A program made the translations under genes and the position numbers. The notes beneath the pieces were generated by a model. That model saw only the letters and a list, made by a program, of their open reading frames with translations, ran no database searches and was not told the origin of the DNA. From the NCBI GenBank assembly GCA_025360325.1, contig JANYCI010000020.1, positions 1 through 46,949 of the forward strand: DNA of 46,949 nucleotides. The letters are read 5' to 3'. Positions 34,249-43,861 of the stretch are shown here, piece by piece (position 1 is the first letter of the stretch; every line of letters starts with the position of its first letter). Source of the DNA: Limisphaerales bacterium. Its GTDB lineage: Bacteria; Verrucomicrobiota; Verrucomicrobiia; Limisphaerales; UBA11358.

Positions 34249-36108
34249 ATGTGCGGCATTAGCGGACAAGTCAGGATTGCAGACGACGCGCCGGTGAATC
34301 AGGAAACGATTCGCCGGATGACGCGGACGATTGTGCATCGCGGCCCGGACGACGAAGGCTATTTCTTCGACGGCCCGGTGGGGTTGGGCTTTCGTCGGCT
34401 TTCGATCATTGATCTGGGCGGCGGGCATCAGCCGATGGCCGACGCGGAGGAATCGGTTTGGATTGTTTTCAACGGCGAGATCTACAACTACAAAGAATTG
34501 CGCGCGGAACTCGAAGCGCGTGGCCACAAGTTTCGCACGAACTCGGACACCGAAGTCATCATCCACGGTTACAAGCAATGGGGGCTGGATGTTTTCAATC
34601 ATCTCAACGGAATGTTTGGTCTGGCGATTTGGGATGTGAAAAAACGTCGGCTCGTCGTCTCTCGCGACGCGATGGGCATCAAGCTGATCTACTACAAAAT
34701 CGCCGACGGCATTTTAAGTTTTGGTTCCGAAATTCGTCCCGTGCTGGCGGCAGATAATTCCAAACCGGAAGTGGATGCGTCGGCGGTGAATTTATTTTTG
34801 CGTTTCCGTTACACACCATCGCCACTGACGATTTTTCAAGGCGTGAGAAAACTTCCGCCCGGCGGGATGCTCGTGGTAGAGAATGGTAAATGCCGCGAGG
34901 AACGCTGGTATAATTTCACGCCGGAGCCGTTTGCGAGACAGCCGTCGGATGCGGATGCCACGGAAGAATTGCTCGAACTCTATCGCGGCGCGATGAAGCG
35001 GCATCTGCTCGCGGATGTGCCGGTGGGAATTTTGTTGAGCGGCGGCTTGGATTCTGGATTGCTGCTCGCGTTGATGAATGAGCATGGCCGCGATTGGAAC
35101 GCCTACACGATTGGCTACGGAAGTTCTTTTGCGGACGACGAACTCGCGGATGCGGCGGAGTCGGCAAAACTTCTCGGCGCGCGGCACATTCCGGTGCTGC
35201 TGGATCAAAATGAATTTGAAAAGGCGCTGCCGAAAATTGTTTCGTCGCTCGAAGAACCGGTGGCCGCGTCGTCCATCGTGCCGATGTATTTTGTCTGCCA
35301 GCGCGCTCGGCAAGATGTGAAGGTCGCGATCATCGGGCAAGGGCCGGACGAACTTTTTGGCGGCTACAAACGGCATCTTGGTGTTCACTACGGCGGGATG
35401 TGGCGCGGCTTGCCGCCCGGCGTGCAATCGCTCGCAGCGGCGCTCGTTGGCAAACTGCCGCGCAACGAAACGTTGAAGCGTGGCGTGCAATCGCTCGGTA
35501 TCAAAGATCGTTTGGAGCGTTATCAAAATGTTTTTTCGCTCGTGCCGGGTGAGACGGTGAACGGACTTTTCCGTGATCGCGGCGGGCAAGTTTCCGGCAT
35601 GGTGGATTATTGGAAATCACTGTTGCCGCAGATGGAAAAGCTGGACGAACTCGGCGGCTTTTCGCTGCTGGAAATTCGTTCGTCGCTGCCGGACGAATTG
35701 CTGATGTATGCGGACAAACTTTCAATGGCGCACAGCCTCGAAGGCCGCGTGCCGTATCTGGATCGCACCGTCGTCGAATACGCGCAGCGGCTCACGGCCA
35801 CGTTCAAGGTGCGGCGCGGCGAGCGCAAATGGCTGCACCGGCAAGTTTGTAAGAAATTTCTGCCGCCACAAATTCTCGCGCGGAAAAAGCGCGGCTTCGC
35901 GGTGAACGTGGTGGATGATTGGTTCAACAACTCGGCCACGGGCAAAATCACCGATATGCTCAATGACGAAAAATCGCTAATGTATTCAGTGCTGTCGCCG
36001 GCACCGGTGAAAAAGCTTTTAGCGGAGCACCAATCCCGCCGACAAGACAATCACAAGCTGCTGTTCAGCCTGGTGATGTTTGAACAGTGGCTGCGTAGCT
36101 GTCGTTGA
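34249..36108 (+). CDS. Asparagine synthase (glutamine-hydrolysing) family amidotransferase, AsnB/WbpS-like
   Basis: MCGISG N-terminus (Ntn catalytic Cys2), RRLSIIDL, and the PP-loop ILLSGGLDSG in the synthetase domain. Confidence 0.9.
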   Translation: MCGISGQVRIADDAPVNQETIRRMTRTIVHRGPDDEGYFFDGPVGLGFRRLSIIDLGGGHQPMADAEESVWIVFNGEIYNYKELRAELEARGHKFRTNSDTEVIIHGYKQWGLDVFNHLNGMFGLAIWDVKKRRLVVSRDAMGIKLIYYKIADGILSFGSEIRPVLAADNSKPEVDASAVNLFLRFRYTPSPLTIFQGVRKLPPGGMLVVENGKCREERWYNFTPEPFARQPSDADATEELLELYRGAMKRHLLADVPVGILLSGGLDSGLLLALMNEHGRDWNAYTIGYGSSFADDELADAAESAKLLGARHIPVLLDQNEFEKALPKIVSSLEEPVAASSIVPMYFVCQRARQDVKVAIIGQGPDELFGGYKRHLGVHYGGMWRGLPPGVQSLAAALVGKLPRNETLKRGVQSLGIKDRLERYQNVFSLVPGETVNGLFRDRGGQVSGMVDYWKSLLPQMEKLDELGGFSLLEIRSSLPDELLMYADKLSMAHSLEGRVPYLDRTVVEYAQRLTATFKVRRGERKWLHRQVCKKFLPPQILARKKRGFAVNVVDDWFNNSATGKITDMLNDEKSLMYSVLSPAPVKKLLAEHQSRRQDNHKLLFSLVMFEQWLRSCR

Positions 36109-36150
36109 ACCGCCAGCAAAAAATTTCTCCGCTTTTTCACTAAAAAATTT

Positions 36151-37095
36151 ATGTCCTCTATCCAAACCCAGCCGTCCGTATCGGATGTTTTCGGCGTGGA
36201 AACGCTGTCCAAAGGCAAACCGGTCAAACTGGACTGTGTCAAAATTGACGGCCAAGTTTATACGATCACCAAAGGGCCAGCGACCGTGGTGAGCCTCGAA
36301 GATGAATGGTATGAGGACGTGAAAAATCCCGAGGCGGTGATCGCGGCGTTGTCCGAGGCGGAATTCAAGCCGGACATTTTTACGTTCTGGCAACGGCTGC
36401 CGGATTTGCAGCCAAAATTTTCCTATCCGCTGGAATGGGATTCCATCGCCGCGCTGCCGGTGACGACGGGCGAGGAATGGCTGGCCACAAAAGTTTCGTC
36501 GCGGTTGCGGAGCCAGATTCGCAAGGCGAAAAAGGAAGGTTTGGAATTGCGCGAGACGACTTACGACGACAATTTTGTGCGCGGCCTGACGGAAATTTTT
36601 AACGAGTCCGCCGTGCGGCAGGGGCGCAAGTTCTGGCATTACGGAAAAGATTTTGAAACGGTGAAGCGCGAATTTTCCCGCTACATCCACCGCGAAGAAA
36701 TGATCGGTGCCTACCTCGGCGACGAGATGATCGGTTGCATCATGATGGGCAACGCGGGCAAATTCGGCATCACGGGACAGATCATTTCCAAGGTCGCGCA
36801 CCGCGACAAAGTGACAAACAACGCGCTCATCGGCAAAGCGGTCGAAGTGTGCCAACAGAAAAAACTCGATTGGCTCGTGTATCTTTTTTGGTCGAACGAT
36901 TCGCTGGCGGAATTCAAGCGGCGCTGCGGTTTTGAGGAGACGAAGGTGCCGCGCTATTTTGTGCCGTTGACGGCGCGGGGAAAACTGATGATGAAGCTCG
37001 GCCTGCATCGCGGGTTCACTTCGGCGCTGCCGGGACGGATCAAAACGCCGCTGAAAAAACTGCGGCGGATGTGGCACGAACGCAAAGGCGAATAG
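36151..37095 (+). CDS. FemAB/CelD-type GNAT acyltransferase (second copy)
   Basis: The C-terminal core EMIGAYLGDEMIGCIMMG...NNALIGKAVEVCQQKKLDWLVY...SLAEFKRRCGFEE parallels the 8210-9223 product. Confidence 0.65.
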   Translation: MSSIQTQPSVSDVFGVETLSKGKPVKLDCVKIDGQVYTITKGPATVVSLEDEWYEDVKNPEAVIAALSEAEFKPDIFTFWQRLPDLQPKFSYPLEWDSIAALPVTTGEEWLATKVSSRLRSQIRKAKKEGLELRETTYDDNFVRGLTEIFNESAVRQGRKFWHYGKDFETVKREFSRYIHREEMIGAYLGDEMIGCIMMGNAGKFGITGQIISKVAHRDKVTNNALIGKAVEVCQQKKLDWLVYLFWSNDSLAEFKRRCGFEETKVPRYFVPLTARGKLMMKLGLHRGFTSALPGRIKTPLKKLRRMWHERKGE

Positions 37096-37125
37096 CCCGT
37101 TGTTCATTCTCAATTTATTTTCAAA

Positions 37126-37932
37126 ATGAAAAAACTGGTTCGGAAAATTTTCGTTGAGCACCTGCCGGCGGGCTGGCGGCTGGCGCTCATCCGCAATTAT
37201 TTTTATTGGGGCAAGCGCGATTATGTCCGGCACGAAGTGGACTTGTTTCAAAAACTGTGCGAGCCGGGACGCGCCGCGCTCGACATCGGCGCGAACGAGG
37301 GGCTTTACGCGATGTATCTTTGCCGCTTCGCCACGAACCTGACGTGCTTCGAGCCGCTGCCGTGGATGGCTGGGCAGTTGCGCGAAAAATTTTCCGCGAC
37401 ACAAAATGTCCGCGTAGAAAATTGCGCGCTCGGCTCCAAAAACGAATCGGCGGTCATCAAGATTCCCGTCACGCGCGAAAAACAATACGACACGCGCAGC
37501 AGTCTGGTCGGGAATTTTTCGGGCCAGATGATTGACGGCACGGAAATTTTAGAGATCAAAGATGTGCCGGTATCGGTCAAGCGGCTGGATGATTTCAAGC
37601 TGGAAAACATTGGTTTCATCAAGATTGATGTCGAAGGGTTTGAACTCGAAGTGTTGAAAGGTGGCGCGGAAACTTTCGCGCGCAATAAACCGAATCTTTA
37701 CATTGAGATTGAGCAGAAACATCACGCGGGCGAGGGGATTGCAACGGTGTTTGATTTTATTTTGAAGCTGGGCTATCGCGGTTTTTTTGAATACGGCAAA
37801 CAATTCCTGCCGTTGGAAAAATTCGACGGTGCGAAGCACCAGCCGGACGCGGGCAGTGGTGCGGAATACTGCGGCAACTTTATTTTTGTGCCGCCGAACG
37901 CCCCGGCACTCGCGCGGCTCGGTTTGAAATAA
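37126..37932 (+). CDS. FkbM-family SAM-dependent methyltransferase
   Basis: ALDIGANEGLYAMYL and FIKIDVEGFELEVLKG motifs. Confidence 0.85.
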   Translation: MKKLVRKIFVEHLPAGWRLALIRNYFYWGKRDYVRHEVDLFQKLCEPGRAALDIGANEGLYAMYLCRFATNLTCFEPLPWMAGQLREKFSATQNVRVENCALGSKNESAVIKIPVTREKQYDTRSSLVGNFSGQMIDGTEILEIKDVPVSVKRLDDFKLENIGFIKIDVEGFELEVLKGGAETFARNKPNLYIEIEQKHHAGEGIATVFDFILKLGYRGFFEYGKQFLPLEKFDGAKHQPDAGSGAEYCGNFIFVPPNAPALARLGLK

Positions 37933-37941
37933 AACGACGCT

Positions 37942-39762
37942 ATGCCTGGAATCGCCGGAATCATCTCCCGCCTCCCCGCCGCCAACTGCATCCGCACGGT
38001 GCAGACGATGACGGCGGCGATGCAGCACGAACATTTCCACACGCCGGGAAATTTTTCCGTGGCGGAGCTGGGCGTGTATGCTGGCTGGGTCGTGCAGGAA
38101 AATTCCTTCGCCGCCGGGCAGGTTTTTGAAAACGAGACGAAGGACGTGGCGCTGATTTTTTGCGGCGAAGTGTTTGCGGAGCTGGAAGTGAAGGCGCAGT
38201 TGCGGCGCGACGGCCATCAGTTTGCTGAAACCGGCGGCGCGTGGCTGGTGCATCTTTACGAGGCGCGCGGCGATAAATTTTTTGAGGAATTGAACGGGCT
38301 GTTCAGCGGCCTGCTGATTGATCGGCGGCAGAAAAAAGTTTTTCTGTTCAACGACCGTTACGGGATGGAACGCGTCTATTGGCACGAGACGGCGGACGCG
38401 TTTTATTTTGCGACCGAGGCGAAGGCGCTGCTGCGCGTGCTGCCGGAAACGCGCGAGTTTGATGCGGACGGCGTGGCGCATTATTTTGGCGTGGGCTGCA
38501 CGATGGGTTGGCGCAGTTTGTTTCGCGGCATCCAGATGCTGCCGGGCGGCTCGCTCTGGAAATTCGAGGGGAACACTTGTCGTAAGGAAAAGTATTTTTC
38601 GCCGACGAGTTGGGAAAACCTGCCGGTGCTGTCGGCGGCGGACTACGAGGCGCAATTTGCGGCCACGTTCAAAAAAATCCTGCCGCATTATTTTGCCGCG
38701 TCTGCGCCCGTTGGCCTGTCGCTGACGGGCGGGTTTGACACGCGGATGATGCTGGCGTGCCAGCCGGAACTGGCCGTGAAACCGGTGGGCTACACGTTCG
38801 CTGGCGTGGGCCACAAAACGCTGGACGATAAAATCGCCGCGCGCGTGGCGGCGGCGTGCGGGCTATCGCACCAACTGCTGCCGCTGCAAAAAGATTTTTT
38901 CGCAGACTTCGCCGATCACGCTGACCGCACGGTGTTCATCAGCGACGGGACGTTCGGCGTGACGGGGACGCATGAAATTTATTTTCACCGCTTGGCGCGC
39001 CAGCTTTCGGACGTGCGCCTGACGGGCAATTACGGCGGGGAAGTTTTTCGGGGTATCTCGACGTTCAAGCCGATTGGGCTGAATCCGCAGATTTTCAATC
39101 CGGGTTTTGCGCTGGCGGTGGATGTCGCGGCGGGCCAGCTGGTCATCCACAAGACGCACGCGGACACGTTTGCGATCTTTCGGGAAGTGCCGTGGAATAT
39201 TTTTGGCAGCGTGGCGGTGGGCCGTTCGCAAGTGGTCATCCGCACACCGTATCTGGACAACGCGCTGGTCAAGCTCGCATATCAATCGCCGCCCGCGCTG
39301 CGAAAATCCGCGTTGCCCGCATCGCGGCTTGTCGCGGCGAACCGGAAAATTTTGAACGAGATTCCGACCGACCGAGGTTATGCGGGCAACAATTCCGGCC
39401 CGGCGTTTTTAGGTCGCCGCATTTTTTCCGAGGTCACGTTCAAGCTGGATTATTTTAGCAATGAAGGTTTGCCGCAAAAATTATCGCTGTTCAACCCAGC
39501 GTTTCGTTACACCGCTGCGAAGCTCGGCTGGGCGGGGATGCACAAGTATCTTCGTTACAGCCAGTGGTTCCGCCGGGAGTTGTCCGGCTTTGTGCGCGAA
39601 CGGCTCGACACGGCGCGGGCGCGGCACGAAAAGTATTTCAACCCGCAGTTCCTCGCACAGGTGGCCGCGCGCCATGCGGGCGGACGAGAAAATTTCATGC
39701 CGGAAATCAACGCGATTCTGACGCTGGAAGCCATTGAGCGGCTGTTGCTCAAAGCGCATTAA
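37942..39762 (+). CDS. Divergent asparagine-synthase-family protein lacking the glutaminase nucleophile
   Basis: The N-terminus MPGIAGI aligns to the canonical MCGIAGI, with Pro (CCT at 37945-37947) in place of the catalytic Cys. The PP-loop is SLTGGFDT instead of SGGxDS. The overall two-domain AsnB layout is kept. Confidence 0.8.
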   Translation: MPGIAGIISRLPAANCIRTVQTMTAAMQHEHFHTPGNFSVAELGVYAGWVVQENSFAAGQVFENETKDVALIFCGEVFAELEVKAQLRRDGHQFAETGGAWLVHLYEARGDKFFEELNGLFSGLLIDRRQKKVFLFNDRYGMERVYWHETADAFYFATEAKALLRVLPETREFDADGVAHYFGVGCTMGWRSLFRGIQMLPGGSLWKFEGNTCRKEKYFSPTSWENLPVLSAADYEAQFAATFKKILPHYFAASAPVGLSLTGGFDTRMMLACQPELAVKPVGYTFAGVGHKTLDDKIAARVAAACGLSHQLLPLQKDFFADFADHADRTVFISDGTFGVTGTHEIYFHRLARQLSDVRLTGNYGGEVFRGISTFKPIGLNPQIFNPGFALAVDVAAGQLVIHKTHADTFAIFREVPWNIFGSVAVGRSQVVIRTPYLDNALVKLAYQSPPALRKSALPASRLVAANRKILNEIPTDRGYAGNNSGPAFLGRRIFSEVTFKLDYFSNEGLPQKLSLFNPAFRYTAAKLGWAGMHKYLRYSQWFRRELSGFVRERLDTARARHEKYFNPQFLAQVAARHAGGRENFMPEINAILTLEAIERLLLKAH

Positions 39763-39940
39763 GCTCGCCGCCAACTCCAACCTGATGAATCTGGCTTTGA
39801 GACAAAGCACCAAACAATCACGCCTGACCTTGGCGAACATCGGTTACACGGCAAAGCTATGGTCAACGAGGAAAATAGCCGATATGAATCTATGGTGGTC
39901 CAGGCGCGCAACCATTGACGCCCCGGCCAGCTAATTTTTA

Positions 39941-40819
39941 ATGAACCTGCTCATCATCAAACTCGGGGCGACCGGCGATGTCGTCCGCACCACGCCGCTG
40001 CTGGAAAAATTGCACGGCGACGTGACGTGGATCACCGCCGCGAAAAATCTGCCGCTGTTGAAAAATCTTCGCCCGCGTTTGCACGCGCTCGCGTGGGAAC
40101 AGCGCGATTCCGTCGCGGAAAAAAAATACGACCTCGTCATCAACCTAGAGGACACGCTCGAATCCTGCCAATTCGTGCAGACGCTGAAGTTTGAAAAACT
40201 GTTCGGCGCGTTTCTCGGCACAGACGGCCAGATGACTTACAGCGAGGACGCGCGCGGCTGGTTTGATTTGAGTCTCATCAGCCATTTCGGCAAAGCGGCG
40301 GCGGATAAATTAAAATTGGAAAATCGCCGCACTTATCAGGATTTGATTTTCAGCGGACTGGGTTTCAAATTCGCGGGCGAGAAATACCTTTTGCCGGCGC
40401 CGGCGAAAACCGATTTGCATGGTGACGTGGCCATCGCGCCGAAAGCGGGCGCGGTGTGGCCGATGAAAAATTGGGCCTACTATGCTGACCTCAAACGCGA
40501 ACTCGAAGCGCGCGGCTTCGTCGTCAATGTTTTGCCGGAGCGCGCGACGCTGCTCGAACATCTGGGCGACTGCAAAAATCATCGCGTAGTCGTGAGCGGC
40601 GACAGTTTGCCGATGCACTTCGCGCTGGGCGTCGGCACGCGCTGCGTCTCGTTGTTCACCTGCACCGGACCATGGGAAATTTTCGGCTACGGAATTCAAA
40701 CGCAAATCACCTCGCCGTTGCTCGCGGAATTTTTCTTCAAGCGCGGTATGGATGCGCGCGCGATTGAAGCAATTTCACTTCAGGAAGTTTTGGCCGCAAC
40801 GTTGGCGCAGTTGAAATGA
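39941..40819 (+). CDS. GT9-family glycosyltransferase (heptosyltransferase-like), short form
   Basis: LLIIKLGATGDVVRTTPLL N-terminus and VVSGDSLPMHFALGVGTRCVSLF near the C-terminus. It is 292 aa. Confidence 0.8.
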   Translation: MNLLIIKLGATGDVVRTTPLLEKLHGDVTWITAAKNLPLLKNLRPRLHALAWEQRDSVAEKKYDLVINLEDTLESCQFVQTLKFEKLFGAFLGTDGQMTYSEDARGWFDLSLISHFGKAAADKLKLENRRTYQDLIFSGLGFKFAGEKYLLPAPAKTDLHGDVAIAPKAGAVWPMKNWAYYADLKRELEARGFVVNVLPERATLLEHLGDCKNHRVVVSGDSLPMHFALGVGTRCVSLFTCTGPWEIFGYGIQTQITSPLLAEFFFKRGMDARAIEAISLQEVLAATLAQLK

Positions 40820-41997
40820 AGAATTCTGAAGCCAGCATCCTGACCGCCGGGCGCGACAAGCCGTATGCGCTCGGTCTCGCGACCGCGCTCATCGCGACGG
40901 GGACGAAGTTTGATTTCATTGGCAGCAACGAGGTGGACAGTGCGGAGTTGCACGCGAATCCGCAGGTGAATTTTCTGAACCTGCGCGGCGACCAAACTGT
41001 GAACGCGGGTGCGCTCAAAAAAATGGGGCGGGTGCTGGCGTATTATTTCCGGCTGCTGGGTTACGCGCTGACGGCGCGGCCAAAAATTTTCCATGTCCTG
41101 TGGAACAACAAGTTTGAGCTGTTCGACCGCACGGTGCTGATGGTGTTCTACAAACTGCTCGGCAAAAAAATTTGTTTCACCAGCCACAACGTGAACGTAA
41201 AGGCGCGTGATGGCGGCGATTCGTGGCTGAATCGCGCGACGCTGAAATTTCAATACGCGTGCTGCGATCACGTTTTTTTACACACGGAGCGGATGAAGCA
41301 GGAGCTGGTCGAGCAATTTAATTTTCCGGCCGCGAAGGCGAGCGTGATCCCGTTCGGTATCAATAGCACGACGCCGGATACAAAATTGACCGGGGCGGAG
41401 GCGCGGCAAAAACTCGGCCTCGCGGCGACGGACAAAGTGCTTTTATTTTTCGGCAACATCGCGCCCTACAAAGGCGTGGAATTTTTGGTGGACGCGTTTA
41501 CGGCGGTCGCTCCCGGCGACGAAACTTGGCGGCTCATCATCGCTGGTCGGCCCAAAGGTGAGGAAACTTATTGGGCGGGGCTGCTGGAAAAAATTAATCG
41601 CAGCCCGGTGCGCGGCAAAATTATTTTGAAGATCGAATACGTCCCGGACGCCGAGACGGAAATTTATTTCAAGGCGGCGGATGTTTTGGTTTTGCCCTAC
41701 ACGCATATTTTCCAGAGCGGCGTTTTGTTTCTCGGCTATAACTTCGGCGTGCCGGTGGTGGCGTCGGATGTCGGCGCGCTGAAGGATGACATCGTCGAGG
41801 GGCGGACGGGATTCGTGTGCGCGCCGAAGGACGCGGTGGCGCTGGCGGCGACGCTGAAAAAGTATTTTGCCGGCGAACTGTTCGCGCAACTGGCGGTGCG
41901 GCGGCGGGACATCCGCGATTTTGCGAACGACCGTTATTCGTGGAGCAAAGTTGCGGACATCACCACGGGCGTTTATCATCGGCTCGCTAAAAAATGA
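40816..41997 (+). CDS. GT4-family (GT-B) glycosyltransferase
   Basis: ATGA overlap with the upstream gene. VLLFFGNIAPYKGVEFL...VLVLPY...QSGVLFLGYNFGVPVVASDVGALKDDIVEGRTGFV. Confidence 0.85.
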   Translation: MKNSEASILTAGRDKPYALGLATALIATGTKFDFIGSNEVDSAELHANPQVNFLNLRGDQTVNAGALKKMGRVLAYYFRLLGYALTARPKIFHVLWNNKFELFDRTVLMVFYKLLGKKICFTSHNVNVKARDGGDSWLNRATLKFQYACCDHVFLHTERMKQELVEQFNFPAAKASVIPFGINSTTPDTKLTGAEARQKLGLAATDKVLLFFGNIAPYKGVEFLVDAFTAVAPGDETWRLIIAGRPKGEETYWAGLLEKINRSPVRGKIILKIEYVPDAETEIYFKAADVLVLPYTHIFQSGVLFLGYNFGVPVVASDVGALKDDIVEGRTGFVCAPKDAVALAATLKKYFAGELFAQLAVRRRDIRDFANDRYSWSKVADITTGVYHRLAKK

Positions 41998-43007
41998 AGC
42001 CGCTGGTTTCCATTCTCATTCCAGCCTACAACGCCGAGGCGTTGCTGGCGGACACAGTCAAGTCAGCTTTGGCGCAGACGTGGGCGCGCAAGGAAATCAT
42101 CATCGTTGATGACGGCTCCCGCGACGGCACGCTGGCGGCGGCGAAAAAATTTGAATCGGCAGAAGTCAAGGTGGTGACGCAGGCAAACCAAGGCGCGGCG
42201 GCGACGCGCAACCGGGCGTTTTCACTGGCGCAAGGCGATTATATCCAATGGCTCGATGCGGATGATTTGCTGTCGCCCGACAAAGTGGCGTTGCAAATGG
42301 CGGCGGCAGAATCGGCGGCGGATCCGCGCCGGTTATTTTCTTCCGGCTGGGGCTATTTTCGTTTTCGTCCGCGCCAAGCGAAATTTGTGCCGAGCTTGCT
42401 TTGGGAAAATTTGACGCCACTGGAATGGCTGCAACGCAAGTGGGAAAATAATTTGCATATGCAGACGGCGACGTGGCTGACCAGCCGCGAACTCTCGGTG
42501 GCCGCCGGGCCGTGGAACTCAAATCTTTTGGGCGATGATGACGGCGAATACTTTTTCCGCGTCATTCGCGCCAGCAGCGGCGTTTGTTTTGTGCCGGGTG
42601 GAAAAGTGTATTACCGGATTTCTGGGGTCAACCGGTTGAGTTACATCGGGCTGTCGGACAAAAAATTGGAGGCGCAGTTGTCCGGCATGGAAATGCAGAT
42701 GGGTTACTTGCGCGCGCTGGCGGATGACGCGCGTGTGCGGGCGACGTGTGTGACGTATCTGCAAACGTGGCTGCCGAATTTTTACCCGGCGCGGATGGAT
42801 TTGGTGGCGCGGATGAAACAGTTGGCGGCGGAACTGGGCGGCGAATTGCGGGATCCAAAAATTTCTGCGAAATATATTTTAATTCAAAAAACTTTGGGGT
42901 GGGGCGCGGCGCAGCGGGCGCAGGTTCGCTACAACGCCGTGAAGGCGCAGGCGCTGCACCACTGGGATCACCTGATGTTTGCACTGGAAGGTCGGCGCGG
43001 TCTGTAA
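41994..43007 (+). CDS. GT2-family glycosyltransferase
   Basis: ATGA overlap with the upstream gene. VSILIPAYNAEALL...IIIVDDGSRDGT...WLDADD. Confidence 0.85.
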   Translation: MKPLVSILIPAYNAEALLADTVKSALAQTWARKEIIIVDDGSRDGTLAAAKKFESAEVKVVTQANQGAAATRNRAFSLAQGDYIQWLDADDLLSPDKVALQMAAAESAADPRRLFSSGWGYFRFRPRQAKFVPSLLWENLTPLEWLQRKWENNLHMQTATWLTSRELSVAAGPWNSNLLGDDDGEYFFRVIRASSGVCFVPGGKVYYRISGVNRLSYIGLSDKKLEAQLSGMEMQMGYLRALADDARVRATCVTYLQTWLPNFYPARMDLVARMKQLAAELGGELRDPKISAKYILIQKTLGWGAAQRAQVRYNAVKAQALHHWDHLMFALEGRRGL

Positions 43008-43015
43008 ATTTTTTT

Positions 43016-43849
43016 ATGTCACACAAACTCGTTCTCGAAGCGGGACGCACGGAACGCCAATACTGGCGCGACCTGTGGCGTTACCGCGAATTATTTTATT
43101 TCCTCGCGTGGCGGGATTTCATGGTGCGCTACAAGCAGACGCTCGTGGGCGTGGCGTGGTCGCTCATCCGTCCGGTGCTGACGATGGCGGTGCTGGCGTT
43201 GTATATGATGCTCACCAAGCAGCCGACGGGCGGCGTGCCGGTTCCGTTATTTGTGTTTGCGGCGATGCTGCCGTGGCAATTTTTTTCCACGGCCATGTCC
43301 GAAAGCGGCACGAGCCTGATCAACAATTCTAATTTGATTTCCAAAGTTTATTTTCCACGTTTGGTAATGCCGGTGAGCGCGGTGATCGTGACGTTGGCGG
43401 ATTTTTTGATCAGCGGGGTTTTCATGGCGCTGCTGATGGTGGTTTTTCGATTTGTGCCACCCGTGCATATTTTTTTCTTACCGCTGTTCATCTTGATGGT
43501 GTTCGCAGCGGCAGTGGGCACCGGATTGTGGATGGCGGCACTGATGGTGAAATACCGCGACGTGCGTTTCATTCTGCAATTTATCGTTCAGTTTGGACTC
43601 TATGCCTCGCCGGTGATTTTACCGCCCGGCAAAGTTCCCCAATGGTCACACGGTCTGCCGATGCAAGCATTGTATTCATTAAACCCGGCGGTGGGCATTA
43701 TTGACGGCTTTCGTTGGTGTCTGCTCGGCGGGGATAACGTGATTTACTGGCCGGGCTTTTCCGTCTCGGTAGCGGTCGTCGTGCTGGTGGGATTCACTGG
43801 CATCTGGTATTTCCGCAAAACGGAACGCACGTTTGCCGACAACATCTGA
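43016..43849 (+). CDS. wzm: ABC-2 type polysaccharide exporter permease (Wzm)
   Basis: The ATG at 43016 follows the GT2 stop; the ORF-track start at 42746 overlaps that gene. WRYRELFYFLAWRDFMVRYKQTLVGVAWSLIRP is the typical N-terminal signature. Six predicted TM helices. Confidence 0.85.
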   Translation: MSHKLVLEAGRTERQYWRDLWRYRELFYFLAWRDFMVRYKQTLVGVAWSLIRPVLTMAVLALYMMLTKQPTGGVPVPLFVFAAMLPWQFFSTAMSESGTSLINNSNLISKVYFPRLVMPVSAVIVTLADFLISGVFMALLMVVFRFVPPVHIFFLPLFILMVFAAAVGTGLWMAALMVKYRDVRFILQFIVQFGLYASPVILPPGKVPQWSHGLPMQALYSLNPAVGIIDGFRWCLLGGDNVIYWPGFSVSVAVVVLVGFTGIWYFRKTERTFADNI

Positions 43850-43861
43850 ACCCAAATTTTT

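Noticed and set aside
39734-39934. 66-aa ORF filling the 178-nt gap before the GT9 gene.
   Set aside because: It starts inside the preceding AsnB-like gene and has no RBS or motif. Its composition is unlike that of neighbouring genes.
42746-43015. Upstream extension of the Wzm ORF. Similar upstream extensions exist at 1734, 2269, 2817, 11490, 13712, 32962 and 45064.
   Set aside because: The extensions overlap the preceding genes or use TTG/GTG codons far upstream. Internal ATGs give canonical N-termini (signal peptides, lipoboxes, Rossmann or family signatures) and tight coupling to the upstream stop.
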